Translations under genes and position numbers: made by a program
Origin: Candidatus Nomurabacteria bacterium
GTDB taxonomy: Bacteria > Patescibacteriota > Minisyncoccia > Phycocordibacterales > SBAW01
Direction of reading: 5' to 3'
Length of the DNA stretch: 64,000 bases
NCBI GenBank assembly: GCA_943356495.1
Contig: CALRFF010000003.1
Location: 551 to 64,550, forward strand
The notes under the pieces: model-generated
Told to the model about the DNA's origin: nothing
Databases searched by the model: none
The model's input: only the letters and a program-made list of their open reading frames with translations
Part shown: positions 17,458 to 28,605 of the stretch, piece after piece
How positions within the stretch are numbered: position 1 is the first letter of the stretch
Layout of the letters: every line of letters starts with the position of its first letter

Positions 17458-18843
17458 ATGAAATTGGGGCGACTTATAGGTGTTTCTGTTTTTATGTTTG
17501 CCCTTGGGGTAGGGGGATTTTTTGCCTATAACGCCCCCGCGCCGGCCGTAGCGCAGGAGCTGACGCCCCAGCAGCGTGCGGTCCTGCAGGCCGAGTATGA
17601 CCAATTGCAAAAGGAGATTGCCGAGTGGCAAAAAGTCTTGGACGAAACGCAGGCCAAGAAAAATACTCTTAAAGGCGATGTTTCCGCGCTTACTGCGCAG
17701 ATAAACAAGGCGACCGCCGAGATAAAACAACGCAACGTGGTTATTACCCAGCTTTCCACCCAGATAGCACAAAAAAATAAAACCGTCGCCACGCTTAATG
17801 CCCGCCTAACCGCCGGCCAAGAGTCGCTGGCAAAAATTTTGCGCGAAAAGTCCGAGCGCGACTCGACGCCGCTGGTGGTGCTTGCGCTTTCTTCGGGCAG
17901 TTTGTCCGACTTTTTCGGCACGGTAGACGACCTCGACACGCTCAACGGGGCACTGCAGGAGCACTTTGACGACCTGCGGGGGATAAAAAAACAAACCGAG
18001 GAAGAAAAGGCGGCGCTCGCTAAACAGCAAAACGCGCAACTCGACGCGCGCTACCAAGTGCAGGTAAAAGAAAAGCAGATAACCGCCGACAAGACCGAAA
18101 AAAATAAGCTTCTGGCGGCGACTACAAAACAAGAGCAGGGCTACGCGCAAATTCTTGCCGAGCGGCAAAAACGCGCCGACGAAATCCGCAATGCTTTGTT
18201 TGACCTGCGCGACGCGGGCGGCATTTCGTTTGAAAGCGCGCTTAACTACGCCACCGTGGCGGGCGCTAAAACCGGCGTACGTCCGGCGATGATACTTGCC
18301 ATCCTTTCGCAGGAGTCCGACTTGGGTAAAAATATCGGCTCGTGTTTAGTGACTAACCTTGAGACGGGCAACGGCGTGGGTAAAAACACAGGCTCGGCGT
18401 TTGAAAAGGTGATGAAGGCGCCGCGCGACACCGAGCCGTTTCAAACCGTTACAGCGGCGCTCGGGCTTAACTGGGCGTCAACGCCGGTGTCCTGCCCCTT
18501 GGGCAAGGTGTACAGCGCGGGCCGCGGCTACGGCGGCGGTATGGGGCCGTCGCAGTTTATCCCCTCTACCTGGGTGCTGTTTGAGCCGCGGCTAAAAGTG
18601 GCGCTTGGCGTCGGCACCCCCAACCCGTGGAATCCGCAGGACGCTATTATGGCCACATCACTGTATTTAAAAGACTTAGGCGCCGCCGCGGGTACCTATA
18701 CCGCCGAGCGCAATGCCGCCTGCAAGTATTACTCGGGCCGCTCGTGTGACAGCAGGACCCCCACCAACTATACCTACGGCAACGCGGTGGTTGCCAAGGC
18801 GGAGACCTTCCAAAACAATATAGACTTTCTTAAGGACAACTAG
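17458..18843 (+). CDS. Secreted coiled-coil protein with C-terminal lytic transglycosylase (lysozyme-like) domain
   Basis: Signal peptide, long coiled coil, AIL.QES, GGMGPSQFIPSTW, NPWNP.DAI.A...YL. Confidence 0.88.
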   Translation: MKLGRLIGVSVFMFALGVGGFFAYNAPAPAVAQELTPQQRAVLQAEYDQLQKEIAEWQKVLDETQAKKNTLKGDVSALTAQINKATAEIKQRNVVITQLSTQIAQKNKTVATLNARLTAGQESLAKILREKSERDSTPLVVLALSSGSLSDFFGTVDDLDTLNGALQEHFDDLRGIKKQTEEEKAALAKQQNAQLDARYQVQVKEKQITADKTEKNKLLAATTKQEQGYAQILAERQKRADEIRNALFDLRDAGGISFESALNYATVAGAKTGVRPAMILAILSQESDLGKNIGSCLVTNLETGNGVGKNTGSAFEKVMKAPRDTEPFQTVTAALGLNWASTPVSCPLGKVYSAGRGYGGGMGPSQFIPSTWVLFEPRLKVALGVGTPNPWNPQDAIMATSLYLKDLGAAAGTYTAERNAACKYYSGRSCDSRTPTNYTYGNAVVAKAETFQNNIDFLKDN

Positions 18844-18884
18844 CGCGGTTTGGCGCAAAAAGCAGAGGTATACTGTAGGTATTG

Positions 18885-21800
18885 ATGCAGCAACAAAGCC
18901 GCAACCTATGGATATTACTGGGCGCGGTTGCCGTAGCCGCGGGTATCCTGTCGCAGGGTTTTTTTGCCGAGCAATTTAGGCTAGTCTTGGCTACACTGCC
19001 CGCTGCCTCGCAAAGCGCCACAACTGCGCTTGGTGTCGAGCAAGGCTTGCCCTCGTATAGCGGCTACCCGTCGCCGACCAACTGCAGCACCGGCGAAAGT
19101 CTTTGTTACCCGAACACGCGCATCACTATGGTAAGCGTGCGCGACCAAGGCGGCGCCTCGGGCGCAGGGGAGACAAAATATATGGATTTAGCAGGGGTTG
19201 CAGGCTCTTCCGGTACCCCGGTAGTATTGGCGACACTTAACCCCACTACCATTCAATGGTCGTGCCAGCCGTCGCAGGTCGTAACCAGTCCTTACTATCA
19301 ATCGCAGACCTGCTCCTCCACTTACGACTGTAGCTGTTGGTTGGACTCCTATGGTGGTGTATTTTGCAGCACGTGTACCAGTTATTACGAGTGCGGGTAT
19401 TGGACCACACAAACCAACACCTACACGATGAGCGCGGGGTCCACCGGGAGCGGCGGAGCATTTACCGCAGGCGGCCTTAGCGGGTCGCAAACGCTTACCT
19501 ACCCGGTGGGTACGTACGAAACCGGAGAGGTCGTGCCCTACACCCTTTCCTGCAACTACGGTACACCCGTAAGTATCAACGTCACCATGGGGTCGACGAT
19601 TACCACCACCTCGCTGTCGGCAAGTGCTACCACCTTGCGCGCGGGGCTCGACCAAACAACGCTTACGGTTACCGCCACTGATGCGGTTGCCGACTCCTGC
19701 CAGTTGTTAGGTAACGCGGGTGTCATTAAGTCATACACGGGCACTAGTGTTAGCGACATAATAGACGTAGGGCCTTTCAACAACGAAAGCGAATCACAAA
19801 CCGTACGCATAAGGTGTATTACGCCGGAGGGCTTCAGCAAGACGTCGTCCGTTACTCTGACGATAAAAATACCGCCGGCACTTTCTATCACCGCAAACAA
19901 CCTCCCTACGGTCGCCTTTGTCGCGCCGAACACCAGCGCCGATATACGCTGGACCTCGAGCAACCAATATCCTAACTCCTGCTCGGTCAGCTATACCGCG
20001 TACGGCGGCTCGTGCGCCGCCGCGGCCAAGTATGTCGCCACTAAAGGCGCCTATGCATGGAAGGCGTTTACCGTGGACGGGGATACCTTTTTGGCGGTCG
20101 CCAACGCGTACGACGGCACGACGTACAACACCGACTCCAGTATTTACAAATGGGTGTCGAGCTTGAGCTGTTTCGGTAAAGACGCCGAGTCGCCGTGCGG
20201 GACGTCGTACCAAGACATAGCCACCAACGGCGCCTCCATGTGGGAGTCGTTTACCGTCTCGGGCGATACGTACCTTGCGGTCGCCAACAGCCGTAATGAC
20301 ACGACCCGTCTGGTGAATTCAAACATATACAAATGGCTTTCCGCACAGGCGTGCTTCGGGGCGGACACGACCTGCGGCACGGCGTACCAGTCGATACCCA
20401 CAAGCGGCGCGGTCGACCTGCAGCCTATTACTGTCGGTTCTACGTTATATTTGGCCGCGGCCAATTATCGCGACGACACGACCTACGCCACCAGCAGTAC
20501 GCTGTATCGCTGGATGTCCTCGGGGACCAATTGCCCTTCGGGCGGCGGCTTCGGCAACGGTGCTGCCTGCGGGTCGGTGCTGCAGTCGATAGCTACTAAA
20601 GGTGCCTACCGCATGGAAGCATTTGTAGTAGAAGGTGAGTCGTACTTGGCGGTCAGTAACGCCTACGACGGCAGCGGGTATAACCTTCCTTCCCATATCT
20701 ATAAATACACCGCGACCGGCACTAACTGTCCCTCGGGCGGAGGCTTTGGCAACGGCAATACGCATACCTGCGGGACGCCGATACAAACCATAAACACGAG
20801 CGGGGCATACGGGTTTAAATTCTTTATGGTCGGCAGCGCGCCGTACCTTGCGGTCGCCAACTCCTACGACGGCACCACCTTCCAGATCAACTCAAAGATT
20901 TATAAATGGATGAGCGGCAGCAAATGCTTCGGCAGCGGGACTACCTGTAGTGCCGCGTTTCAGGTATTGGCAACCAAGGGCGCCACGCAGCTGCAGACGT
21001 TTACTATCGGCCCGGAGACGTACCTGCTTGCCGCCAACGCGTACGACGGACTTACCTACAATATAAGTTCCAGCATGTACCGCTGGATGCAAAGCTCCCA
21101 GTGCTTCGGCAACAGCACCTCTTGTGGCACTGCGCTCGAAGTAATCCCCACGAGCGGAGCGGCATGGTGGGAGCCGGTCACAGTAAACGGCGACGTGTAT
21201 TTGGCGACCGCCAACTACTTTAACGGCACTACCCGCAACATAAACTCCGCGATTATGAAGTGGTCTCCGAACGGCTGCGGCGACACAGAGTTTGGTACTC
21301 CGGCCACGTGGACCGCCGACCAAAGCCCCGTCGCCGGCTACCCGACGGGAGTCTTTTCCGGCGCTCGACTGTATACGCTTGTTTGTAAATGGATGGACAA
21401 CACCACCGCCAGCAGTACCAGCGTCATCGTATCGGTGTTGCCGGAACTTATATTGAGCGCCAACGGCAGCACTACCAACCCTGTGTATGTGACCCCCGGC
21501 AGCGCGGCGCTTATACAGTGGTCGGCAAAGAATGTGCAAAACGGTTCCTGCGGCGTCACCAACACCTACGACGCTTCTAATTGGGCAGGGGACAACAACT
21601 CCGCCGGCTACTCCTCGCCGGTGTTTAGCAACGGACAGGAAATAACCTACACGCTCGCCTGCCTTGGGCTGGACGGCGCACCGCTTACTAAGGTAATGCG
21701 GGTCATCGGCGCTACGCCGGTGCCGCTGCTTTCCAGCCTTTCTATATCCGCCTCGCGCGTGGTTAAAGGCGGCCGCCCGACTATCCACTGGAACGCCACC

Positions 21801-22028
21801 GACCTTGATGCCGGCATCGAGTGTAGCGTTACACCTACCTTGCAGGGCGGTGCCTCGGCCTCTACGTGGGATGGCTCGGGTACTACATGGAGTTCACCCG
21901 TGGGCGGCGCGATAGGGCCCATTATCACCGTGGCGACCGCCTTTACGCTTAAGTGTGTTAATGCGGCCGGCGACATCGCGCAGGTCTCTGCGGTAGCCAA
22001 CCTGATTCCGGGCTTTAAGGAGATATAA
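18885..22028 (+). CDS. Large Cys-rich surface protein with seven EPTP/EAR-like repeats and Ig-like domains
   Basis: Seven repeats of Q.I.T.GA..W..F.V.G..YLAVAN..D......S.IYKW; flanking YTL.C beta-sandwich segments; N-terminal TM. Confidence 0.8.
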   Translation: MQQQSRNLWILLGAVAVAAGILSQGFFAEQFRLVLATLPAASQSATTALGVEQGLPSYSGYPSPTNCSTGESLCYPNTRITMVSVRDQGGASGAGETKYMDLAGVAGSSGTPVVLATLNPTTIQWSCQPSQVVTSPYYQSQTCSSTYDCSCWLDSYGGVFCSTCTSYYECGYWTTQTNTYTMSAGSTGSGGAFTAGGLSGSQTLTYPVGTYETGEVVPYTLSCNYGTPVSINVTMGSTITTTSLSASATTLRAGLDQTTLTVTATDAVADSCQLLGNAGVIKSYTGTSVSDIIDVGPFNNESESQTVRIRCITPEGFSKTSSVTLTIKIPPALSITANNLPTVAFVAPNTSADIRWTSSNQYPNSCSVSYTAYGGSCAAAAKYVATKGAYAWKAFTVDGDTFLAVANAYDGTTYNTDSSIYKWVSSLSCFGKDAESPCGTSYQDIATNGASMWESFTVSGDTYLAVANSRNDTTRLVNSNIYKWLSAQACFGADTTCGTAYQSIPTSGAVDLQPITVGSTLYLAAANYRDDTTYATSSTLYRWMSSGTNCPSGGGFGNGAACGSVLQSIATKGAYRMEAFVVEGESYLAVSNAYDGSGYNLPSHIYKYTATGTNCPSGGGFGNGNTHTCGTPIQTINTSGAYGFKFFMVGSAPYLAVANSYDGTTFQINSKIYKWMSGSKCFGSGTTCSAAFQVLATKGATQLQTFTIGPETYLLAANAYDGLTYNISSSMYRWMQSSQCFGNSTSCGTALEVIPTSGAAWWEPVTVNGDVYLATANYFNGTTRNINSAIMKWSPNGCGDTEFGTPATWTADQSPVAGYPTGVFSGARLYTLVCKWMDNTTASSTSVIVSVLPELILSANGSTTNPVYVTPGSAALIQWSAKNVQNGSCGVTNTYDASNWAGDNNSAGYSSPVFSNGQEITYTLACLGLDGAPLTKVMRVIGATPVPLLSSLSISASRVVKGGRPTIHWNATDLDAGIECSVTPTLQGGASASTWDGSGTTWSSPVGGAIGPIITVATAFTLKCVNAAGDIAQVSAVANLIPGFKEI

Positions 22029-22040
22029 TATAATCAACCC

Positions 22041-22241
22041 ATGACGATTAACCGTTTCCGCATAAAAATCGTACTGGTAGTCCTTGCTTGCCTCCTTGCG
22101 ACGGTCGTGTTGAGCGAGCTACTGATTCGGACCGTGCAAGGTATGTTACCCGGACACGATAAAAGTGTTGCGGCCGCTGACCGCTCGTGTCCCCTTATTG
22201 AAGACGAAGCACGTTTTGTCGGATGCAACGCTACTCTATAA
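22041..22241 (+). CDS. Small single-TM hypothetical protein
   Basis: TATAAT 6 nt upstream of ATG; hydrophobic helix. Confidence 0.5.
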   Translation: MTINRFRIKIVLVVLACLLATVVLSELLIRTVQGMLPGHDKSVAAADRSCPLIEDEARFVGCNATL

Positions 22242-23801
22242 CGCGGCGTTGTACCAGCGCCTGAGCAGACCTGCGGCAAAAATTACAGCGAAGAAACCGA
22301 GGAGCGGCGCGTTACCGAAACGCGAGAAAAAAGTCGGGCTCGTGTCGGCCAACACGATCTCGCCGCGCAGGAGAGTGCTTTCACCTATACCCGCGTATGC
22401 CATAAGAGAGCCGTCCGCGCGGATAATGGCCGAAGGCCCGAGCACATTGGCGCGTATGACGGGCAGATTATTTTCTACGGCGCGAAACCGGGCCGCTCGA
22501 AGGCTGTACACACGCACGGTCGTCCCAAAAAAACTTTCAGAGCCGACGGAAACAATAACCGATGAACGTTGCGCGTCTGTGCGCACCTCGTCTTGGCCGT
22601 ATACCTCCGAGCATATGGCCCCCGCAACCTCCCTACCCGCTATGGTGAATTGCTGACCGGCTCCGCCCGGAGTTATTTCCTCCGAGATGGTCGAAAGGCC
22701 GGCGTGCTGCGCCCAGCGTGGTGTATAGTCAAAAAAAGGAAACAAAGAACGCTTTCGGTACTCGGCGGCGAGCGCCCCGTCTTTGTAGGTCTGCAGTTCG
22801 TTGTACAGCAGGTCGTTTTGGTAGTAACTGGCCCAGACTAAGGCAGTGGTTCCCGCAGGCAACTGTTGCGCAAACCACGCCGCAACCGAGTCTGCCGAAG
22901 CAACGGAAAGATCGTATTTGAGTACCGGCTTTTTGTCATCGTACAGTACTCCCCGGGAGGGCGAAAAAGGGTATACGACGAGGTTGGACTTGTTTTTTGA
23001 CGCCTCCCTAAGCCACGGCTCCAGCGCCGAGAGGCTAAACACACCATCGTACTCCCGGCCGATAAGACGTTGGGGGTTAGCATCATCGCCAAACTGGATA
23101 CTGGCGACCGAGATAGACTGACCCCCAGCCTCGGGCGCGCGTGCATACAGGACCGCGCCGACACATAGCACGCCGATTACATACAGGGGGACGACCCCGA
23201 GGGCTACCGCGGGGCGGCGTGCCCAGTGTTGGGGTGCCTCGGCTAGCAAAGCATTACCCCAGGCAATCAAAAAAGAGACAAGAAATAGGCCCCCCACTGC
23301 GCCGAACGCCATAAGCACGGGCACCTCGGCGGCGGCATAGCCGAGGAGTGCAAAATTGTACCCGCCGTAAAGGCTGTAGAGCAGCAGCTCACCGGTCACA
23401 TACAGGACGGCGCCAAGCAGGCTGTTATGTAACAACGAGTCCGACCGCAAGGCTCTATATATGAGCAACGCTATGCCGGTGCAGACCCCGCCGAGCGCGG
23501 CAACAAGGAAAAAGCTAAGACGCACCGCCGTAATAAAAAACTGCTGGTCTGCGCTCCACCGAAACTCAACCACTGCGCCGAGCGAGAGCGAAAGAGCCAG
23601 CATGCCGCCGGCAATACATCCGCCCAAAAATACTTGCCATGCCGGTCGGTTGGGGAATGCGGCAACAAAATAAAAAAGAGGCGCAAGCGCGACGAACGTC
23701 AGGGGCCATACATCGTAGGGGTAAAAGGCGAGGACCAAAAGCGCGCCCGAAAGTACGGGCAGAATAAACCATCGACGCTCTAACAATTCACTGCTCGGCA
23801 T
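22236..23801 (-). CDS. lnt: Apolipoprotein N-acyltransferase-like protein (multi-TM + nitrilase domain)
   Basis: LSG.LL.LAF.P...WPL..VAL.PL; YRKR.LFPF.DY; AICSE; RAVEN..PVIRA...GPSAII; start at MPSSELL. Confidence 0.8.
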   Translation of the reverse strand: MPSSELLERRWFILPVLSGALLVLAFYPYDVWPLTFVALAPLFYFVAAFPNRPAWQVFLGGCIAGGMLALSLSLGAVVEFRWSADQQFFITAVRLSFFLVAALGGVCTGIALLIYRALRSDSLLHNSLLGAVLYVTGELLLYSLYGGYNFALLGYAAAEVPVLMAFGAVGGLFLVSFLIAWGNALLAEAPQHWARRPAVALGVVPLYVIGVLCVGAVLYARAPEAGGQSISVASIQFGDDANPQRLIGREYDGVFSLSALEPWLREASKNKSNLVVYPFSPSRGVLYDDKKPVLKYDLSVASADSVAAWFAQQLPAGTTALVWASYYQNDLLYNELQTYKDGALAAEYRKRSLFPFFDYTPRWAQHAGLSTISEEITPGGAGQQFTIAGREVAGAICSEVYGQDEVRTDAQRSSVIVSVGSESFFGTTVRVYSLRAARFRAVENNLPVIRANVLGPSAIIRADGSLMAYAGIGESTLLRGEIVLADTSPTFFSRFGNAPLLGFFAVIFAAGLLRRWYNAAL

Positions 23802-25050
23802 GCGTAATAAAGCGGCGCACTTTGACGCCGCCACGGGATAGCACAGGCACGATAATAGCTTTAAAAGTCCCCACCGCGCCTTGCGCAAGGGCTGTCTGCA
23901 TTGTTGCCGTCGGAGAGAGACGCCACACACTCGGGACCTCGCGTTCGATAAACGCGGCAAGATCGTGCGCACGTTCGGAGTCGGTCGACAAAACAGGGTC
24001 CACCACTTCTACCTGTATGGAGACTGCCGTACTCCCTTTAATCGGATAAAAATGTACTTGATACTCTTTGCCGGCCAAATGGGGAAAGACCGCAAACGCG
24101 CGGTCCGACTCCTCGACATCGAATTGCATGCCGTTGACGCGTACGCGGTCCACGTCGCTTCGGTGTGACCACTCAAGCAAAGGACCCGGCAAGTCGCACG
24201 AGCAGCCCTCCGGAACTTCGGCAAAATAGTCGCCGGTCCGGTACCGGAGCAGCGGCGTCGCTTTATTGTTGCCGAAGCTTATAACAAGTTCGTCGTCTAT
24301 AAGCTCCATGGCAGCAACGTCGGTCGTTACTATATGAAAACGGTTTTGTCCTTTCTTCATTATGTCGGGGCAGGTAAAGAGGATCCATTGGCCTATCTCG
24401 GTCGTAGCGTATATGCTGCCCATTAACGCGTTAGGGAACACCGCACCTAATTCAGCCCGTCTTGCGCCGGTAAGTGCCTCGGCGGAAAAGACTATAAGTT
24501 TTATATGTTCTGCTATGCCGCCGGCTTTTGCGTAAGGAGCGAAGGCCGAGGCGATGGTGGGGAGTGCCCACAACGAGTCGCATCCGGCCATCTTGGAGAT
24601 AATCACGTTGTTGGCCATGTTGTTGAGGTCGCCGAACACGGGTACGACCGGATGGCGTGCCTCCTGACACATCTGCACGAACACGGTAGGGAACCCTTTT
24701 TGTATCTGCGGATGGAGCACCAACGGACGCGCGGTGGGGTAGCCCAGCGACGGTTCAACCCCGTACTTTTGCACCCGCGCGTACGGGATAATAAGCGGAG
24801 TGCCCGAGGTAGTGCCGGAGGTAAGCGCAACCGAGCGTATCTCTTCTTTCGGCACAAAAAGTCTGCGGTCTACCGGAGTATCGATAAGTTCTTGGCGCGT
24901 GAGCAGCGGAAGATTAAAAAAACTATCTATGGTTACGGTCTTGGGCTCCACCCCGGCGTGCATATATTTGTCGCGGTAAAAGGAAGAGTAGGAGTTGCCG
25001 ACCGCGGCCGCGAGTAGCTGCTCGAGCAGGGGGCGGTTGATCCATTGCAT
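23788..25050 (-). CDS. Phenylacetate-CoA ligase (PaaK)-like adenylate-forming enzyme
   Basis: [37 protein letters not shown]; start at MQWINR. Confidence 0.85.
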   Translation of the reverse strand: MQWINRPLLEQLLAAAVGNSYSSFYRDKYMHAGVEPKTVTIDSFFNLPLLTRQELIDTPVDRRLFVPKEEIRSVALTSGTTSGTPLIIPYARVQKYGVEPSLGYPTARPLVLHPQIQKGFPTVFVQMCQEARHPVVPVFGDLNNMANNVIISKMAGCDSLWALPTIASAFAPYAKAGGIAEHIKLIVFSAEALTGARRAELGAVFPNALMGSIYATTEIGQWILFTCPDIMKKGQNRFHIVTTDVAAMELIDDELVISFGNNKATPLLRYRTGDYFAEVPEGCSCDLPGPLLEWSHRSDVDRVRVNGMQFDVEESDRAFAVFPHLAGKEYQVHFYPIKGSTAVSIQVEVVDPVLSTDSERAHDLAAFIEREVPSVWRLSPTATMQTALAQGAVGTFKAIIVPVLSRGGVKVRRFITHAEQ

Positions 25051-25095
25051 AGGGCTATTATTGCAACAAAAGCGCTTTTGTGCTACATTCTTGGT

Positions 25096-25320
25096 GTGAA
25101 AACCGACACCCACCCGACCTATTTCCCCAAGGCTAAGATAACCTGCGCGTGCGGGCACTCCTTTACCGTGGGCTCCACCAAGGAGAAGCTCGAGGTGGAA
25201 ATCTGCTCCAATTGCCACCCGTTTTACACCGGCAACGAAAAGGTGCTCGACGCCGCCGGCCGTGTAGAGAAGTTTAAAAAGCGCGCCGCTTCCAAAACCT
25301 CGACTCTCAAGTCGAAGTAG
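25096..25320 (+). CDS. rpmE: 50S ribosomal protein L31 (Zn-binding type)
   Basis: [26 protein letters not shown]; GTG start. Confidence 0.95.
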   Translation: MKTDTHPTYFPKAKITCACGHSFTVGSTKEKLEVEICSNCHPFYTGNEKVLDAAGRVEKFKKRAASKTSTLKSK

Positions 25321-26184
<864 letters not shown>

Positions 26185-26219
26185 TAATCTCTTGGGACGG
26201 CCCTCGGGCCCATTTTTAG

Positions 26220-26942
26220 ATGGAAAACAACCCACTTATAGACAAACTCTTCTCGGTCGGCGCTCACTTCGGCTACAGCCCGTCGCGCCGTCACCCGAGC
26301 ATTTCGCGCTTTATCTTCGGCCAAAAGGGCGGGATGGAGCTTTTTGATTTGGAGCAAACAGCCAAGCTTCTTGAAGAGGCGCTGGCGGTTGTTAAGTCCC
26401 TTGCCGCAGAGCGCAAAGTTATTCTTTTTGTCGGCGGCAAAGCCGAGGCAAAAGCGGCAGTTACCCGCACTGCGCAAATGCTTAACCAGCCGTACTCCGC
26501 CGGCCGCTGGATAGGCGGCACGCTCACCAACTGGCAGGAAATTAAAAAGCGCCTCAACCGTTTGGCCGAGCTTACGCAGATGCGCGAAAAGGGCGAGTTG
26601 GTAAAATTTACTAAAATGGAGCGCCTGCTTATCGACCGCGACATTGCCGACTTGGAGCTTATGTTCGGCGGCCTTAAAGGTATGCAGAAGGCTCCGGACG
26701 CGCTGTTTGTTATCGACCCTAAAGCCGAGAGCGGCGCGGTGGCCGAGGCTAATCAATTGAAGATACCGGTTATTGCGCTGCTTAACTCCGATTGCAATCA
26801 GGCGGGGGTGGCGCATCCGATACCGGCCAACGACTCCTCGCGCGAGTCTATCCAGTTTGTGCTCGACGAAGTCGGCAAGACCTACCTCAACAACTTGGGG
26901 GCTGTGCCTGCAGCGGCCGCTCCTGAAACGCCGGCTAAATAA
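26220..26942 (+). CDS. rpsB: 30S ribosomal protein S2
   Basis: GAHFG, RWIGGTLTN, IPANDSS. Confidence 0.96.
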   Translation: MENNPLIDKLFSVGAHFGYSPSRRHPSISRFIFGQKGGMELFDLEQTAKLLEEALAVVKSLAAERKVILFVGGKAEAKAAVTRTAQMLNQPYSAGRWIGGTLTNWQEIKKRLNRLAELTQMREKGELVKFTKMERLLIDRDIADLELMFGGLKGMQKAPDALFVIDPKAESGAVAEANQLKIPVIALLNSDCNQAGVAHPIPANDSSRESIQFVLDEVGKTYLNNLGAVPAAAAPETPAK

Positions 26943-26950
26943 TCCTACGT

Positions 26951-27406
26951 ATGGCTATCTCTCCCGAGGCCGTTAAAGAGCTGCGCGACAAGACCGGTAT
27001 TTCGGTTATGGAGTGCAAAAAAGCGCTCGAAGAAGCGCAGGGCGACATGGCAAAAGCCATCGAAATTCTTTCTGCACGCGCCGCCGCGTCTGTAGCCAAA
27101 AAGGCCGACCGCGTTTTGGGCGCCGGCACCGTAGCCTCCTACATTCACAACCAAGGCCAAGTCGGTGCGATGGTCGTACTTTCCTGCGAGACTGACTTTG
27201 TATCCAAAAACGACGAGTTTATGACGCTCGCGCGTGATATTGCGATGCACGCCGCGGCCATGCGCCCGGCAGATGTTGCCGAGCTGGCGACACAGCCGTT
27301 CATTAAAAATCCCGAGAAAACAATTGCGGACCTTATCTCGGGTGCGACGCAAAAGTTCGGCGAGCGCGTTGAGGTAACGCAATTCGCGTGCTTTGCGGTC
27401 AAGTAG
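26951..27406 (+). CDS. tsf: Elongation factor Ts (short form, 151 aa)
   Basis: VKELR.KTG...MECKKAL, CETDFV, IAMH.AA..P. Confidence 0.95.
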   Translation: MAISPEAVKELRDKTGISVMECKKALEEAQGDMAKAIEILSARAAASVAKKADRVLGAGTVASYIHNQGQVGAMVVLSCETDFVSKNDEFMTLARDIAMHAAAMRPADVAELATQPFIKNPEKTIADLISGATQKFGERVEVTQFACFAVK

Positions 27407-27436
27407 CCCCTGCGCGTAAAGCGCTATACTAGTATT

Positions 27437-27841
27437 ATGTGGCTGTTTTTTACCATAACGCTTCTGCTTTCCTGCCTCGGCATGCTGGTCTTGCTATGGC
27501 TTAAACGCTACGAGTTGCGCACGGGGCGGATGTTCTTTGCGGGTGCGCGCCCGCGCTTGGGAGAGTTTTTTAGCCGCACCCTGGTATGGGTCGAGTATGC
27601 GCTGCCGGCTCTGCTTGCGCACGCCGCAAAGCGCTTGTGGCGTGCCGCACGGGTGCTCGCACATCGCACGGTGGCATGGGTGGTGGTGGGCACCGAAACT
27701 TTGCTCGAGCGCGGGCTGCAGGTGTTGCGGCATAAAACAGACGCGCCGCGCCAAGGCGGCGAAGCGTCGCCTTTCTTGCGCGAGGTAGCCGAGCATAAAA
27801 AAATCCTGCGCGGCGGGCAGGATGATGGTCAGCCGGAGTAG
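27437..27841 (+). CDS. Hypothetical membrane protein
   Basis: N-terminal TM; TATACT 6 nt upstream of ATG. Confidence 0.7.
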   Translation: MWLFFTITLLLSCLGMLVLLWLKRYELRTGRMFFAGARPRLGEFFSRTLVWVEYALPALLAHAAKRLWRAARVLAHRTVAWVVVGTETLLERGLQVLRHKTDAPRQGGEASPFLREVAEHKKILRGGQDDGQPE

Positions 27842-27904
27842 CTTAGTTGGTAAAGCACCTCTTTTGTAAAGAGGCGACCGTCGGTTCGAGTCCGACCTCC
27901 GGCT
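27832..27904 (+). tRNA. trnT: tRNA-Thr (anticodon TGT), CCA not encoded
   Basis: Acceptor GCCGGAG/CTCCGGC, D arm GCTT...AAGC, anticodon stem CCTCT/AGAGG with loop TT-TGT-AA, T arm GTCGG-TTCGAGT-CCGAC. Confidence 0.95.
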
Positions 27905-27908
27905 CTAA

Positions 27909-28592
27909 TTATTGGTTTGTGCTCGTTGCCGCCGTAGTGGTGGCGAGATTTTTTAGCTCGGGTATCAGCTTTTGCATTTCTTCGAGCGTTTTAAAACCGT
28001 ATACCGACGTGCGGTTGTTTATTACAAAGGCGGGGAGTCTGCCGCCGTCTACGCGGCGCAGGGTCTCGAGCGTGCGCAGGGCCGAGAGGTCGAGATGGTA
28101 GTCAAACGAGTACACGCGCAACCCCGGGTAGGTCTCGCGGAGATACGTAAGCACATCGCCGGCGCGCGCGCAGTCTTTGCAGTCTCCGGCGTTTGAGTAA
28201 AAGTACAATATGTACACAGGTTTATAAGAAGCGCATTTTTGAGAAATTTGGCGCAGCAACAGATAGTCTTTTATCTGAAAGAGCGAGTACTGCTTTTTTA
28301 GCTGCACCACCTCGGCGTTGGTTGCGCCCAAGTTTTGCTCGGCGACCGAGAGCTTGCCCGACAGGCTGTTTAACTCTTCGGAGAGTACCGGATTTTCCGA
28401 CAAGGCCGAGCAATCGAGGCTACCCAAGAGCTCAAACTGGGTTTCGGACGACAGTATGTCTATAGAAATAGCGTCCTGCGTGGTGCGGATATCGGCAATG
28501 CGGCGGGCGTCGAGCCGCGAGGCAATATAAAAGGCGGTGCCGAATATGGCCGCGGTAATACCAAACGCCAGTATATATTTCTGCCAACTCAT
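27909..28592 (-). CDS. Membrane-anchored protein with C-terminal CxxC thioredoxin-like domain
   Basis: N-terminal TM, coiled coil, ILYFYS...CKDC, VYSFD, LPAFVIN; start at MSWQKY. Confidence 0.7.
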   Translation of the reverse strand: MSWQKYILAFGITAAIFGTAFYIASRLDARRIADIRTTQDAISIDILSSETQFELLGSLDCSALSENPVLSEELNSLSGKLSVAEQNLGATNAEVVQLKKQYSLFQIKDYLLLRQISQKCASYKPVYILYFYSNAGDCKDCARAGDVLTYLRETYPGLRVYSFDYHLDLSALRTLETLRRVDGGRLPAFVINNRTSVYGFKTLEEMQKLIPELKNLATTTAATSTNQ

Positions 28593-28605
28593 AGAGGCCG
28601 ATACT

